64,000 nucleotides of DNA from an uncultured Verrucomicrobiae bacterium (GCA_963834385.1 CAWIBO010000005.1:544001-608000); one strand, 5' to 3'. Numbered from the stretch's first letter, positions 1-14,227 are shown. Numbers and translations are program-made. Notes: generated by a model from the letters alone, not told the origin.

Positions 1-1464
1 AACCCTCCTGGTCACGCGGCCTTCGCCGTCATACTCCAGGCGCTCCCAGAAGCCGCCCGGGCCCACGGAATTCCGCAAACGACTAAAGCTCCCCGTCTGC
101 GCCGAGTCGGTGAAGAATTCCCAGGTTGAGATTTGTTGTTGATCCGGTGGAAGCGAAGGGCCCAGGACCCGCCGGATGCGTTCTTCGCCCCAGGGAAATG
201 CGCGGTAAACGTTCAGTTCCTCGTGCACGGCGGTGTTGGCGGCGTTGCGGACGAGGTAAAGCTCGCTTCGCTCCAGTTTGTCCGGGCTCCAGGTTTTGGT
301 GACTGTCTCGTTGTCGCCATCCCCTTCAACCGACGACCATTCCTGTGTCACGGCGTTATACTGATAATCCGTCACGGAGGTTTCACCCCGGGTTCTCGTC
401 ACCCTGACCTTGGCAAACTGAAGCTGGCCATTTTCCAAGGGATGCTCGAGCAGCACCCGTTCAAGGGGCGGGGCGATGGGCTGATACAGGCCGCTCCCGT
501 TCTTGGTCCCGCGATCGGAGGCCAGATACTGTTTAAACTCAAGACTGCCACTGCTGGGAACGTTGACCTCTGTGAGCAGGGTGGACGAAAGAGTCTGCCT
601 GATCTGGCCGCTGATCCTGATCACCTCAACACCGGTATTCGCCGAGAGGAATAGCTTTGCGCGATCGAGCACGCCGCTTTGAAGACTGTCGGCTTGAAAG
701 GAGATGGAGCCGGCGGGCTCGCCATGCCGGATCTTGCCGAGCCCGATGGGAACGCCCAAACCGCTCCCCGTGCCACCGTTCCCACCGCCTCCGGAGGATC
801 CGGACCCTCCCGAGCCGACCGCTGGCGCCCAACCGGGGGAAGTCGGACCAATGCGTCCCTGACCCGTTTCCTCCACCCCGCTCACGCATGACGAACAACT
901 GTCGCACTCGACGGTCGCGGAGAGCTTGATCTTCCAGGTCACTTCCAGCGGTGTGTCGTCATAGGCATTGTATTCTGCAAAACTGACCGTGCGCTGACTC
1001 GGATAGAAAAACAGCTCCTCCGACGAGGCGTGCGATTCGAGCAAGGGAACGCCGTTCCGTTTCAGCTCTCCCGTCGCCATCTGCGTGTGCGTCCACCCGT
1101 TACCGCCCGAGGGAGGCCAGCCAAAACGATCGCGCTGCAGGGTGGTCATGGGACTGTTCACCACCACGCGATTGTTCCGGATTTCGACCGTATGTGAGCT
1201 GGTCACACTGCCGTTCGGGGTATGCGCCAGGGTGAACCCGTAAACCCCATCGGGAACGCTGCCGCGAAACTCATACTGCGGTGTCACCCAGTAGTTCCGC
1301 TGCTTTTGACCGCCAACACCGTGCGTCCAGACGACGTCGATCTTCAGGCTCGTGGCCCTGGCGCTTCCCGCGAGGAAAACGGAGGCCAGCAGGCAACAGG
1401 CCCAGGTGATGCCGTCCCATGTCGCTCTCTTTCGACATGACCGGAATTGCACCGCGGGTTTCAC
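1..1464 (-). CDS. Secreted RHS/YD-repeat-type protein, N-terminal part (runs off window start)
   Basis: Not in the ORF track because it has no stop in the window. My translation from GTG at 1464 (AGGAGA RBS just upstream) stays open to base 1: hydrophobic leader (WACCLLASVFLAGSARA), CDSCSSC, Gly-rich linker, then TDYQYNAVTQEW...YRAFPWGEERIRRVLGP...WERLEYDGEGRVTRRV (YD-like). Confidence 0.7.
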   Translation of the reverse strand, partial: MKPAVQFRSCRKRATWDGITWACCLLASVFLAGSARATSLKIDVVWTHGVGGQKQRNYWVTPQYEFRGSVPDGVYGFTLAHTPNGSVTSSHTVEIRNNRVVVNSPMTTLQRDRFGWPPSGGNGWTHTQMATGELKRNGVPLLESHASSEELFFYPSQRTVSFAEYNAYDDTPLEVTWKIKLSATVECDSCSSCVSGVEETGQGRIGPTSPGWAPAVGSGGSGSSGGGGNGGTGSGLGVPIGLGKIRHGEPAGSISFQADSLQSGVLDRAKLFLSANTGVEVIRISGQIRQTLSSTLLTEVNVPSSGSLEFKQYLASDRGTKNGSGLYQPIAPPLERVLLEHPLENGQLQFAKVRVTRTRGETSVTDYQYNAVTQEWSSVEGDGDNETVTKTWSPDKLERSELYLVRNAANTAVHEELNVYRAFPWGEERIRRVLGPSLPPDQQQISTWEFFTDSAQTGSFSRLRNSVGPGGFWERLEYDGEGRVTRRV

Positions 1465-1471
1465 TCGTCTC

Positions 1472-2168
1472 CTATTCCAAGGGTGTGTAAACAACCAGCT
1501 GAGTCACGCCAGGGTCGTCGATGACACCGGCGCGAGGATTTCGACCGTAGCGATGTTCGTCGATGTTGCTCATGCCATCGCTGTCCGGATCGTCGTCCGC
1601 GTCGTTAGCTTGTCAGGCTCAGCCCGAAACGAAACTCCCATAGATCAGGAAGGCCATCGTTCTCCGAGTCGGCGGCCTGGTCATTCGAGCCGAGGATCCA
1701 CTCATCCCACGCGCTCAAACCATCGCCGTCGAGGTCGGCTTCACCCACATAGCGGCTTCGATAAAAGCGTCGCAGACCCGAATCAGGCAGATTGCGCTCA
1801 GCCACGGACCCATCTCCGGCCACGTCCCCCGCCCCTTCCCACATTCGAAAATCGTCGGTGGCCTCCAGTCGATACATTTTCCCGAAGACCGTTTGAAACC
1901 GGAGCGCGCTCGTCCCAGGCGCGCTGCGCGTAATCAAGAGCACAAAACGGGCGTCAGGATCGCGGGGATCCAGGCCGAGGAGGCTCTTGTCACGATTACG
2001 AAGCCCGTTGCCGGTGTAATCTTCATCGGCGTGGTCCGCGGGCACGGCGAAGTGCTGTTCCCAGACGTCGTTCATGCCGTTGCCGTTGAAATCGACGGTG
2101 GCGAAGGCCGACGCACCAAAGAATAGCCACGCGCCCAGACAGGCGAGAACGTGAGCGCGAATCGGCAT
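1472..2168 (-). CDS. Secreted protein with Asp-rich (thrombospondin type 3-like) DxDGDG repeats; one frameshift near 1607
   Basis: Signal peptide MPIRAHVLACLGAWLFFGASAFA; DFNGNGMNDVWE, DLDGDGLSAWDE, DSENDGLPDLWE; after a frameshift continues NDADDDPDSDGMSNIDEHRYGRNP...QLVVYTPLE-stop at 1472. Confidence 0.7.
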
Positions 2169-2618
2169 AACCGGCGAAAACGGGGCGGAGTCTGACATGC
2201 CGGGAGAACCGGACGAAAGCAAAAAAGCGGTCCGGAAGCGTGATTTCGCGGAAGTCGGGGCGGCAGAAGGATTTGCCGCGTCGATTTCGTCCGGCATTTT
2301 TCCCGCAGTCCCTCCTGCGCCCACATGTTGGCCGGCGAACCGGTTTCGGGAGACGTTTCTTTGGGGTCTCGTGACGGCTGATTTTCGACGCGGAAACAGG
2401 GCCGAATCAGGTCAAAAAAATCAGGGGAATTGGAGCCGCACGCGGCGCCCCTTTAGACGTGCTTGACGCGGAATCGTGTCGACCACCAGATATTGTGCCA
2501 AGGGGGCCTGTGGGCCGCAATTTCTTGCGCAAAATGGGGGTTGTTTCGGTCGAAAAACTTATTGTTTCCAGGCCGGTTCTCTCCTATCTTCCTGACCGGT
2601 CACGTCGACCGCATTTTT

Positions 2619-5205
<2,587 letters not shown>

Positions 5206-5206
5206 G

Positions 5207-5243
5207 GAATGACGAAGGACGAATGGCTAATGACGAAGGAATG
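5207..5243 (+). repeat. Left arm: degenerate heptamer tandem repeat (GAATGAC)x5
   Basis: GAATGAC GAAGGAC GAATGGC TAATGAC GAAGGAA TG; starts 1 nt after the gyrB stop. Confidence 0.9.
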
Positions 5244-5670
5244 CCGAAACACGAGCGCCGCGATTCGCGGGAGGTCGAGTTTTGGGAGGGCGATTCCGGT
5301 GTCGTCCGGGAAGAGCCGACGCCTCCGGGCAAATACGATCTGGAAGAGCGAACGGCTCGGTTTGGGGAAGCTGTGATCGATTTCGCCCAAACCATTCCGC
5401 AAAGTCCGGTCACCAATCGCCTGATCAATCAGTTGGTCGGCTGTGGCGACGAGTATCGGCGCGAACTACTGCGAAGCCGACGACGCCGTCTCCCGCAAGG
5501 AATTCTTTCTGCGCATCGGGACCTGTAAGAAAGAGGCCCGGGAAACGAAACATTTCCTGCGCATGATCGTCCGCGCTGTGCCTGATTTGAAGCCCATCGC
5601 CCGGGATCTCTGGCGGGAAGCGCGCGAGCTCCACCTGATTTTCGCCAAAATCCACCGCAGCAAAAGCTAG
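5241..5670 (+). CDS. Four-helix-bundle protein (23S rRNA IVS protein / Avd-like family); frameshift near 5445
   Basis: YDLEERTARFGEAVIDF...NRLINQLVGC, then TSIGANYCEADDAVSRKEF...KKEARETKHFLRM...EARELHLIFAKI; the SIGANYxEA and ExxET motifs are typical of the family. Confidence 0.88.
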
Positions 5671-5721
5671 TCATTCATTTCAGCCATTCCTTCGTCATTC
5701 GACATCCGTCATTAGTCATTA
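5670..5721 (-). repeat. Right arm: reverse-complement heptamer repeat (GTCATTC)n
   Basis: 5685-5699 CATTCCTTCGTCATT is the exact reverse complement of 5229-5243; pairing extends to about 37 nt with about 6 mismatches. Confidence 0.9.
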
Positions 5722-5727
5722 CCCACC

Positions 5728-8344
5728 GTGTATAACCCGAACGAAAAAATAGAACCGATCAACGTCGCGGAAGAGATCTCGAGGTCGTTCCTCGATTACT
5801 CGATGTCCGTCATCATCTCGCGCGCCCTGCCCGATGCGCGCGACGGCCTGAAACCGTCCCAGCGCCGCATCCTTTACGCGATGAACGATCTGTCGCTCTA
5901 CCCGAACCGGCAGCACCGGAAATGCGCCAAGATCTGCGGCGACACCAGCGGTAACTATCATCCCCACGGCGAAGCGGTCATCTACCCCACCCTCGTCCAC
6001 ATGGCCCAGCCGTGGGCCATGCGCGAAAGGCTCGTGGACGGCCAGGGCAACTTCGGGTCGGTCGAAGGCGATCCCCCCGCGGCCATGCGTTACACCGAGG
6101 CGCGCATGACGCATCTCGGCGCCGCGCTCATGACCGACATGGACAAGGACACGGTCGATTTCGTCCCGAACTACGACGAGACCCGGACGGAACCGACCGT
6201 TTTCCCGGCCGCTTTCCCGAACCTCCTCGTCAATGGCGGCACCGGCATCGCCGTCGGCATGGCGACCAACATCCCGCCCCACAACCTGGGCGAAGTCATC
6301 GACGGCATCTGCGCGCAGATCGATGACCCGGACATCGACCTCGAAGGCTTGATGAAGTTCGTCAAGGGACCCGATTTTCCCACGGGCTGCGCCCTGCTCG
6401 GCCTCGCCGGCATCCGGCAATATCTCGAGACGGGCCGCGGCAGCATGAAGGTGCGCGGCAAAGCCGGCGTGGAGGAGCTGAAGGGGAACCGGGAGCAGAT
6501 CGTCATCACCGAGATCCCTTACAACGTCAACCGGGCCACCCTGGTCGAGCGCATCGCCGAACTCGTCAATGACAAGGTGCTGACCGACATCAGCGCGATC
6601 CGCGACGAATCGGACGAGAACACGCGCGTGGTCATCGAGTTGAAGCGCGACGGCAATCCCAAGGTCGTCATCAACAATCTTTACAAGCACACCGCGATGG
6701 AAAGTTCCTTCGCGGCCTCGATGCTGGCGATCGACCACGGCCGGCCGAAGCTTCTTTCGCTCAAGGAGGCCAACACCGCCTACATCGAGCATCGGCGCGA
6801 GGTCGTCCTCCGCCGGACCCGCTACGAGCTGCGCAAGGCCGAGGACCGGGCCGAAACCCTCGAGGGTTATCTCATCGCGCTGGCCAACCTCGATGAATTC
6901 ATCCGGATCATCCGCGGCTCCGCCAACCGCGACGAGGCCCGGGTCAAGCTGCTGGCCTTCGAGTTCACCCGGAAACAGGTGGAGAAGATCGGCATCCTCA
7001 TCCGCAACGAGGCGCGCCTGATCGACGGTCGCTACGCCTTCAGCGAACACCAGGCCAACCAGATCCTTGATCTTCGCCTTTACCAGCTGACCGGCCTCGA
7101 GAGCGAGAAGATTGCCGGTGAATACAAGGACCTGATCGAGCTGATCAAGGACCTGCGCGACATCCTGGCGAAGGAGTCGCGCGTTTTCGACATCGTGAAG
7201 AAGGAGCTGCGCGAGCTCCAGGCGAAGCACGCCACCCCGCGCCTGACGCAGCTCATCCCCGACGAGGGCGAGATCAACATGGAGGATTTGATCGCGAACG
7301 AAGGCTGCATCATCACGATCACCCACGGCGGCTTTATCAAGCGCACCGCGGTCAGCGCCTACCGGGCGCAGCGGCGCGGCGGCAAAGGGGTGCGCGGCAT
7401 GGCCACGCGCGAGGGCGCCACGGAGGAGGACGAGGGCGACTTCGTCGAGCATCTCTTCACCGCGACCACGCACGATTATCTCGTTTTCTTCACGGAATCA
7501 GGACGCTGCTACGTGGAAAAGGTCTACGAGATCCCCGAGATGGGCCGCGCGGCCAAGGGGCGTTCCATCGCCAACCTTCTCGAACTGCGTTCCGACGAGA
7601 AGATCGCCGCCACCATCCGCGTTCAGTCGAAGCGCAGCGGCACCGGTCCCAGCGCTGTCGACACGACCTGGGACGAGAACCTGCACATCGTCTTCGCCAC
7701 CCGCACCGGCATCGTCAAGAAATCGAACCTGGGTGATTACGCCAACGTGCGCAAAGGAGGCATCATCGCCATCCAGATCGAGGAGGGCGACTGCCTGATC
7801 GATGCCAAGCTGACCGAGGGGGACAACGAACTGGTCCTGATCACCAAGGACGGCATGAGCCTGCGCTTCCACGAGGAGCAGTTGCGCGATCAGGGGCGCA
7901 ACACCGTCGGCGTCTGGGGCATCCGCCCCGGCAAAGGCGACGTCGTGGTGGCCCTCGCCATCGTTGACCTTGAGCGCCATGCTTTTGGTCGCGGGCGAGA
8001 ACGGGATCGGCAAGCGCACCCCGTTCGACGATTACCGTTCCCAATCGCGCGGCGGCAAGGGAATCATCACCATGAAGACCGGCGAGAAAACCGGCAGTGT
8101 GGTCGGCGCGCTCACGGTTGTTGAGAACGATGAGCTGATGTTGATCACGACCAAGGGGCAGATGGTGCGGACCCGGGTCTCGGAGATTCGGGCCGTGGGC
8201 CGCAACACCATGGGCGTGAAATTGATGGACCTCCGCGGCAGCGAAAAACTTCAGGCCATCGCCCCGGTCGTCAGCCAGGAAGCCGAAGAGGAAGAAGAAG
8301 CTCCGGAAGAACCGGAAACACCGGCCGGCGACCGCAAGAAATAA
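5728..8344 (+). CDS. gyrA: DNA gyrase subunit A (frameshift near 7970)
   Basis: SRALPDARDGLKPSQRR, YHPHG, AAMRYTEAR (catalytic Tyr), GyrA-box QRRGGKG, beta-pinwheel repeats, acidic tail. Confidence 0.97.
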
Positions 8345-8531
8345 GGTAATCCCGGCCGCGTAGAGCGCGGCGGGAGAGGAGTGCGGGCGCTTCCCGGAAG
8401 ACTGCGCCCGGGCCGGTGCGGGCCTTCCCTGCACAGCAAATTCCCGCGCCCGGCTGCCTCCGTGAGGAGCCGGGTCGCGGGAATCGTTGCTGAATAATCC
8501 GAACCCTTGCGGGATTCGGTCGGGTGCCGCC

Positions 8532-8711
8532 CTAGTACTGCCCGCTTGTCCGCGTCGTGGTCGTGCTGGTCGAGGATGGCGTCCGCACCACCGACGATTC
8601 CGTCGTGGTCGTGGTCACCGCGGCCGGCTCTTCCTTGACCACCGTGGTGCAGGAAGGAAGCGAGATCGCGAGGGCAATGATAACAGGGCTGAGAATAAGT
8701 AGTTTTTTCAT
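8532..8711 (-). CDS. Small Thr/Ser-rich putative lipoprotein (59 aa)
   Basis: Absent from the ORF track; my translation is MKKLLILSPVIIALAISLPSCTTVVKEEPAAVTTTTTESSVVRTPSSTSTTTTRTSGQY, with a lipobox-like LPSC. Confidence 0.7.
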   Translation of the reverse strand: MKKLLILSPVIIALAISLPSCTTVVKEEPAAVTTTTTESSVVRTPSSTSTTTTRTSGQY

Positions 8712-8871
8712 ATGTTGTGGCTGTCACCCTCCAATCGACGCAAGTCGCTCCCCCAGATGTATTAAGTCGCGTCTATTTTTCCCAGGGGACCTCTTCCCCG
8801 GGGGGCCCAGAGGGAAAAACGCACCAGCACGGGCGAGGGATCTTCCCGCGGCGGTGTCCCCGATGCGGACC

Positions 8872-9274
8872 TCACTCCACCACGCGGCCCCGCAGCCGTT
8901 TCAACTTCGAGTGTTCCCGTTTCTTTCTCCAGCATCCGGCGCTTTACCCCGGCCGGTCGCCGGGCTTTCTGGCGGCGCGCCTTTTCCCTGGCCGCGATTT
9001 TTTCCGCGCGTTCCGCCGCTCTTTTCCTCTTGATCAGGTCCAGCAGACGCTGACGGGCCAGTGCGCGGTTCTGGGCCTGCGAGCGCGAATCCTGCACCGT
9101 TACGCCAAGACCGCTCGGACGGTGCCGCAGGGTGACGGCGGTGGAAACCTTGTTGACGTTTTGGCCGCCCGGACCGCCGGCGCGGGCGAAGCGTTCCTCG
9201 ATCGTCGCGGGATCGAACCCGAGACCGACCAGACGCTGCTCGAATTCCTCTCGCGTCACGAAAACGTCTCCCAT
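8872..9274 (-). CDS. arfB: Alternative ribosome-rescue peptidyl-tRNA hydrolase (ArfB/YaeJ-like); frameshift near 8920
   Basis: [31 protein letters not shown], basic C-terminal tail; corrected frame ends [21 protein letters not shown] at 8872. Confidence 0.85.
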
Positions 9275-9338
9275 GGTGGTGCCTTTCGCTCAATCCCTCC
9301 CTTCGGAAACTCTGGCACGGAGGATCTGGCCTTTGTGC

Positions 9339-9917
9339 TCAAAGAGGCGCGACGTTTTCCCGGCCGTGCCGAAGAACCCGGGCCATCCAGACAAGTTCGT
9401 TCAGGAACTTGGCGACCCGGCCCACATATTTTTCGTCCTTGAGAGAGCCGTCCTCGGCAAAAGCGTCGCCCACCCGGCTGAAGTTCACATCGGTGAAGGT
9501 CACGGCCAGCCCGAGCTCCCGCATTACCGGGACGAGGTTCTCGATCACGCGGGCGCCACCGAAAGGCCCGGCCGAGACGCCGACCAAACCGGCCGGCTTG
9601 TGAATGTATTCCTCGAGACACATGTCGAGCGCCTGCTTCAATGCGCCGGGATACCCGTGATTATACTCGGGAGTGACAATGACCAGCCCATCGCAGCGTT
9701 TGATCTTTTCGACGTAATCGGGATCGGCCATTTCCTGCCCGGCATCCTGCAGGGTCATCTTCAACGAGCGCACGTCGATCAACTCGGTCTCGATCTCCGG
9801 GCGTTTTTTCATTTCCTCGACGAGGAAGCGCGCAACGTTCCCGCTGCGCCGGCCCTGCCGGGGCGTGCCCAGCAAAACGGGAAGGTAAAGGGGCCGATCG
9901 CTCTGTTTTTCAGGCAT
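9339..9917 (-). CDS. NADPH-dependent FMN reductase family flavoprotein
   Basis: LGTPRQGRRS, VTPEYNHGYPGALKQALD, SAGPFGGARV. Confidence 0.9.
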   Translation of the reverse strand: MPEKQSDRPLYLPVLLGTPRQGRRSGNVARFLVEEMKKRPEIETELIDVRSLKMTLQDAGQEMADPDYVEKIKRCDGLVIVTPEYNHGYPGALKQALDMCLEEYIHKPAGLVGVSAGPFGGARVIENLVPVMRELGLAVTFTDVNFSRVGDAFAEDGSLKDEKYVGRVAKFLNELVWMARVLRHGRENVAPL

Positions 9918-9968
9918 GGTCTACCGTAGCCGAAGATGGCGTGCGGCGCCGCCCCGGAATTCGGGCGC

Positions 9969-10184
9969 CTAGCGGCGCCGCAGGAGCATGACGAAAAAGA
10001 GGGTGCCGCCGGCGAGAAGCGCAAGACCGAGACCAATGGGACCGGCCGTGGCCTGCCCTTTCGCGGCCACCTGCGGGCCGGCTCCCGGGGCCACCGTCGC
10101 GTCGCCTGGCAAAAACCCAAGTGCGATGAGGTAGATGCCGAGGCCCACCAGCAACGTCGCGAAAATCGCCAGGCCAATGCGCAT
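9969..10184 (-). CDS. Small membrane protein (2 TM)
   Basis: MRIGLAIFATLLVGLGIYLIALGFL...GPIGLGLALLAGGTLFFVMLLRRR; the longer ORF-track start overlaps the tRNA. Confidence 0.6.
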   Translation of the reverse strand: MRIGLAIFATLLVGLGIYLIALGFLPGDATVAPGAGPQVAAKGQATAGPIGLGLALLAGGTLFFVMLLRRR

Positions 10185-10239
10185 GCCGTCATCCTTGCGG
10201 AAAAAGGTTTCCGATTCCAGAACGAAGAAGAAGCGAATC

Positions 10240-10324
10240 TGCCGATGGCCGGACTCGAACCGGCACGGGCCGTTAAGCCCAACGGATTTTAAGTCCGTTG
10301 CGTCTGCCATTTCGCCACATCGGC
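10240..10324 (-). tRNA. tRNA-Leu(TAA)
   Basis: GCCGATGTGGCGAAATGGCAGACGC-AACGGACTTAAAATCCGTT-variable arm-GCCGGTTCGAGTCCGGC-CATCGGCA; anticodon TAA, long variable arm, CCA not encoded. Confidence 0.95.
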
Positions 10325-10424
10325 CTCTCTTTGCGCGTGCAGTTTACGCGCTTCGCCCCGCGGACCAAGATGTTTTACATCCACCCGGCGGGGACCGACC
10401 GTATCGTTTTGAAAGGACAATCTT

Positions 10425-11036
10425 ATGGCAAACGAACTTTCAGGTAAAAAAGTCGCCATCCTCGTGGCGGACGGGTTTGAGCAGGTGGAGATGACCAAGC
10501 CGCGCGAAGCGCTCGAGGAGGCCGGGGCCGAGACCTTCATTGTCTCCCCTTGTGAAAAAGAAGTGCAGGGAATGAATCACGCCGACAAAGGCGAGAGCTT
10601 TCCCATCGACGTGGCGCTCGAGAAAGCGTCCGCGGACGACTACGACGCCCTGCTTATCCCGGGCGGCCTTCTCAATCCCGATGCGCTGCGCTCCAACGAG
10701 ACCGCCCTTGGTTTCGTGCAGGGATTCGCGGGCGCGGGCAAACCGATGGCCGTGATTTGCCACGGAGCCTGGGTTCTTATCGACGCCGGCCTGGTGCGCG
10801 GTCGCACCCTGACCTCATGGCCCGCCATTGCCACCGATGTGCGCAACGCGGGCGGCGAATGGGTCGACCAGGAGGTCGTGGTCGACAACGGCCTGGTCAC
10901 CAGTCGCAAACCGGATGACATCCCCGCTTTCAACCGCAAGATGATCGAGGAATTCGCCGAGGGTAAACATGATCGTCCGGCCGCGTCCAAACGGGGCGGT
11001 CCGCCGGCCAAGGCCACGGTCGAGCTCGAGACCTGA
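10425..11036 (+). CDS. PfpI/DJ-1 family type 1 glutamine amidotransferase-like protein
   Basis: KKVAILVADGFEQVE, LIPGG, AVICHG, LVTSRKPDD. Confidence 0.92.
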   Translation: MANELSGKKVAILVADGFEQVEMTKPREALEEAGAETFIVSPCEKEVQGMNHADKGESFPIDVALEKASADDYDALLIPGGLLNPDALRSNETALGFVQGFAGAGKPMAVICHGAWVLIDAGLVRGRTLTSWPAIATDVRNAGGEWVDQEVVVDNGLVTSRKPDDIPAFNRKMIEEFAEGKHDRPAASKRGGPPAKATVELET

Positions 11037-11106
11037 GTTCGCTCGCAACTACGACGAAGCGGCAATTTGCCTTGCCTCGCTTCCAGAGTGGCTTTCACTC
11101 TCCGTC

Positions 11107-11724
11107 ATGGCCGACCGGCTCATGACGACCGCCAACAAAATCACGATCGTCCGGATCCTCCTGATCCCGGCCTTCGTCACCATGGCCATTTACTATGGCC
11201 AGAGCGTGTCGCGCGGGGAGCCGATCGAATGGCAGCGGTTCGCCGCCATCCTGATCTTCTTCGTGGCCGCCATCAGCGACGGCCTCGATGGTTATGTGGC
11301 CCGGCGTTACAACCAGCGAAGCTCCCTCGGCGTCATTCTCGACCCCATTGCCGACAAGGGGTTGCTCCTGGCCGCCCTGATCACCCTTAGCATCAGCAAC
11401 TGGAGCGCGGGTGGCGGTGAATACGCGCAGTTCCCCGCCTGGTTCCCTGTCCTCATCATCTCGCGGGACATCGTTATCCTCGTCGGGAGCGTGGTGCTGC
11501 ATCTTCTCGTCGGCAAGGTTCGCGTCCGGCCCAGTCTTTTCGGGAAGGTCGCCACGGTCCTGCAAATGATCGCTATTGCCTGGGTTATGCTGCAGCTTCG
11601 TTTTATTCCTCTTATCTACGTTGCGGGAGCGGCGGCTCTCTTCACCCTTGTTTCGGGCGCGCAATATGTCCGCGACGGCGTGCACCAACTCCAGGCCGAA
11701 GGGCACGCCAACCCCAGCCCGTGA
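11107..11724 (+). CDS. pgsA: CDP-alcohol phosphatidyltransferase (PgsA-like)
   Basis: ANKITIVRI, DGLDGYVARR...G..LDPIADK motif. Confidence 0.85.
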   Translation: MADRLMTTANKITIVRILLIPAFVTMAIYYGQSVSRGEPIEWQRFAAILIFFVAAISDGLDGYVARRYNQRSSLGVILDPIADKGLLLAALITLSISNWSAGGGEYAQFPAWFPVLIISRDIVILVGSVVLHLLVGKVRVRPSLFGKVATVLQMIAIAWVMLQLRFIPLIYVAGAAALFTLVSGAQYVRDGVHQLQAEGHANPSP

Positions 11725-13127
11725 AAGACCACGCCGTAGGAACCAGCGCCGGCCGAGTCGCCATCGTCGGCCGGCCAAACGTGGGCAAATCCGCTCTCTT
11801 TAACCGGCTGGTCGGCCGCCGAATCGCCATCGTTCACGACCAGCCGGGCATCACCCGGGACCGATTGCTGGCCCTCTCCGACCGCGGAGCCCGCCCGTTT
11901 GAAGTCTGGGACACGGGCGGGATCGGCGGGGCGGGCGAAAAAGACCTGGCCGCCGAAGTCCGGCAGGCCGCCGACGCCGCCCTGAAGGAAAGCGATCTTA
12001 TTCTCTTCGTGGTCGACGCCCAGCAGGGACTGACCCCGGTCGACGCGGAGCTGGCCCGCATGCTCAGGCGCGCCCGCACGCCCGTGATCCTGGTGGTGAA
12101 CAAGATCGACCATCCGAACCACGAAACGCTTGAAGCCGATTTCGCCTCCCTGAACTTCGACCATCTCGTCCCGCTCAGCGCGGCCCATGGCCGCGGCTTG
12201 AGCGATCTCCTCGCCACGATCGACCAGGGTCTGCCGGCTTCCGCCGCCGTCGAAGAACCCGAACCGCAGATCGAGAAACCGATCGCCCTCGCCATCGTCG
12301 GCCGGCCGAACGCGGGCAAATCCTCGCTTATCAATGCCATCATGAAGGACGAGCGCACGATCGTGAGCGCTCTCCCGGGCACCACCCGGGACGCCGTCGA
12401 TATCAATTACGAACGCGAAGGCCAACAGTTCCGCCTCATCGATACCGCCGGGATCCGCGCCCGCAGCAAACATTCCACCTCCGTCGAAGTCTTCAGCGTC
12501 ATGCGCGCCGAAAAAACGATCAAGCGTGCCGACCTCTGCGTCCTCGTGGTCGACATCACCGGCGGCGTGACCGCGCAGGATAAAAAAATAGCGGGGCTCA
12601 TCCAGCAGGCCCGCAAACCCTGCATTGTCGTCCTCAACAAATGGGACCTCGTCCAGCCCGCGCGCGGCCGGATCGAGTCCATCACCGAACATGCTGCGGA
12701 AGCGCGCGAGCGGCTCTTCTTTCTCGACTACGCCCCGGTCCTCGTCGCTTCCGCCCTCAAACGCGAGAACGTTGAGCGTCTTTTCAAGCTGATCACCCGC
12801 ATCCGCAAAGCCGCGTCGAAACATGTCGGCACCGGTCTGCTCAACCGTCGCCTCCGCGCCGCCTTTGAAACACACCCACCTCCGATGGTCTCCAACCGGC
12901 GGCTCAAGCTCTTTTACGCCGCGCAGGCACGAAGCCCCGACCAGCGCGCCATCGCGCCCCCGGAGTTCATTCTTTTCGTCAATGACCCGGCGCTCCTCAC
13001 CGAACCTTACCGGCGATTTCTCGAGGCGCGGCTCCGCGAGGCCGAGCCGTATCCCGGACTGCCCGTGCTGGTTTCGCTGCGACCACGCAGCGAGGAACGC
13101 AAGGCGGGGGCCCGCCGCTCCGGCTGA
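11721..13127 (+). CDS. der: Ribosome biogenesis GTPase Der
   Basis: Two G domains (GRPNVGKS and GRPNAGKS, DTGG/DTAG, NKID/NKWD) plus KH-like tail. Confidence 0.96.
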   Translation: MKDHAVGTSAGRVAIVGRPNVGKSALFNRLVGRRIAIVHDQPGITRDRLLALSDRGARPFEVWDTGGIGGAGEKDLAAEVRQAADAALKESDLILFVVDAQQGLTPVDAELARMLRRARTPVILVVNKIDHPNHETLEADFASLNFDHLVPLSAAHGRGLSDLLATIDQGLPASAAVEEPEPQIEKPIALAIVGRPNAGKSSLINAIMKDERTIVSALPGTTRDAVDINYEREGQQFRLIDTAGIRARSKHSTSVEVFSVMRAEKTIKRADLCVLVVDITGGVTAQDKKIAGLIQQARKPCIVVLNKWDLVQPARGRIESITEHAAEARERLFFLDYAPVLVASALKRENVERLFKLITRIRKAASKHVGTGLLNRRLRAAFETHPPPMVSNRRLKLFYAAQARSPDQRAIAPPEFILFVNDPALLTEPYRRFLEARLREAEPYPGLPVLVSLRPRSEERKAGARRSG

Positions 13128-13202
13128 CCTTACCGGACGAGACCTGCTCCGGCCGGGGCGATGATCGAACATCCGGGCCGCTCGCGTGTCTCATTTCTCT
13201 CT

Positions 13203-14185
<983 letters not shown>

Positions 14186-14189
<4 letters not shown>

Positions 14190-14227
14190 TTGGGAATGTG
14201 ATCAGTGAACCGTGAGCAGTGATCTGT
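14186..14227 (+). repeat. Left arm: heptamer tandem repeat (GTGATCA)n
   Basis: GTGATTG GGAAT GTGATCA GTGAACC GTGAGCA GTGATCT; overlaps the moxR stop. Confidence 0.85.

Noticed and set aside
133..1440. Plus-strand ORFs at the window start
   Set aside because: They are antisense to the open minus-strand RHS-like frame.
5728..8344. Topoisomerase IV (parE/parC) instead of gyrase
   Set aside because: The GyrA-box QRRGGKG and a full C-terminal pinwheel are present.
10240..10324. Integrated element at tRNA-Leu
   Set aside because: No integrase and no duplicated tRNA 3' end nearby.
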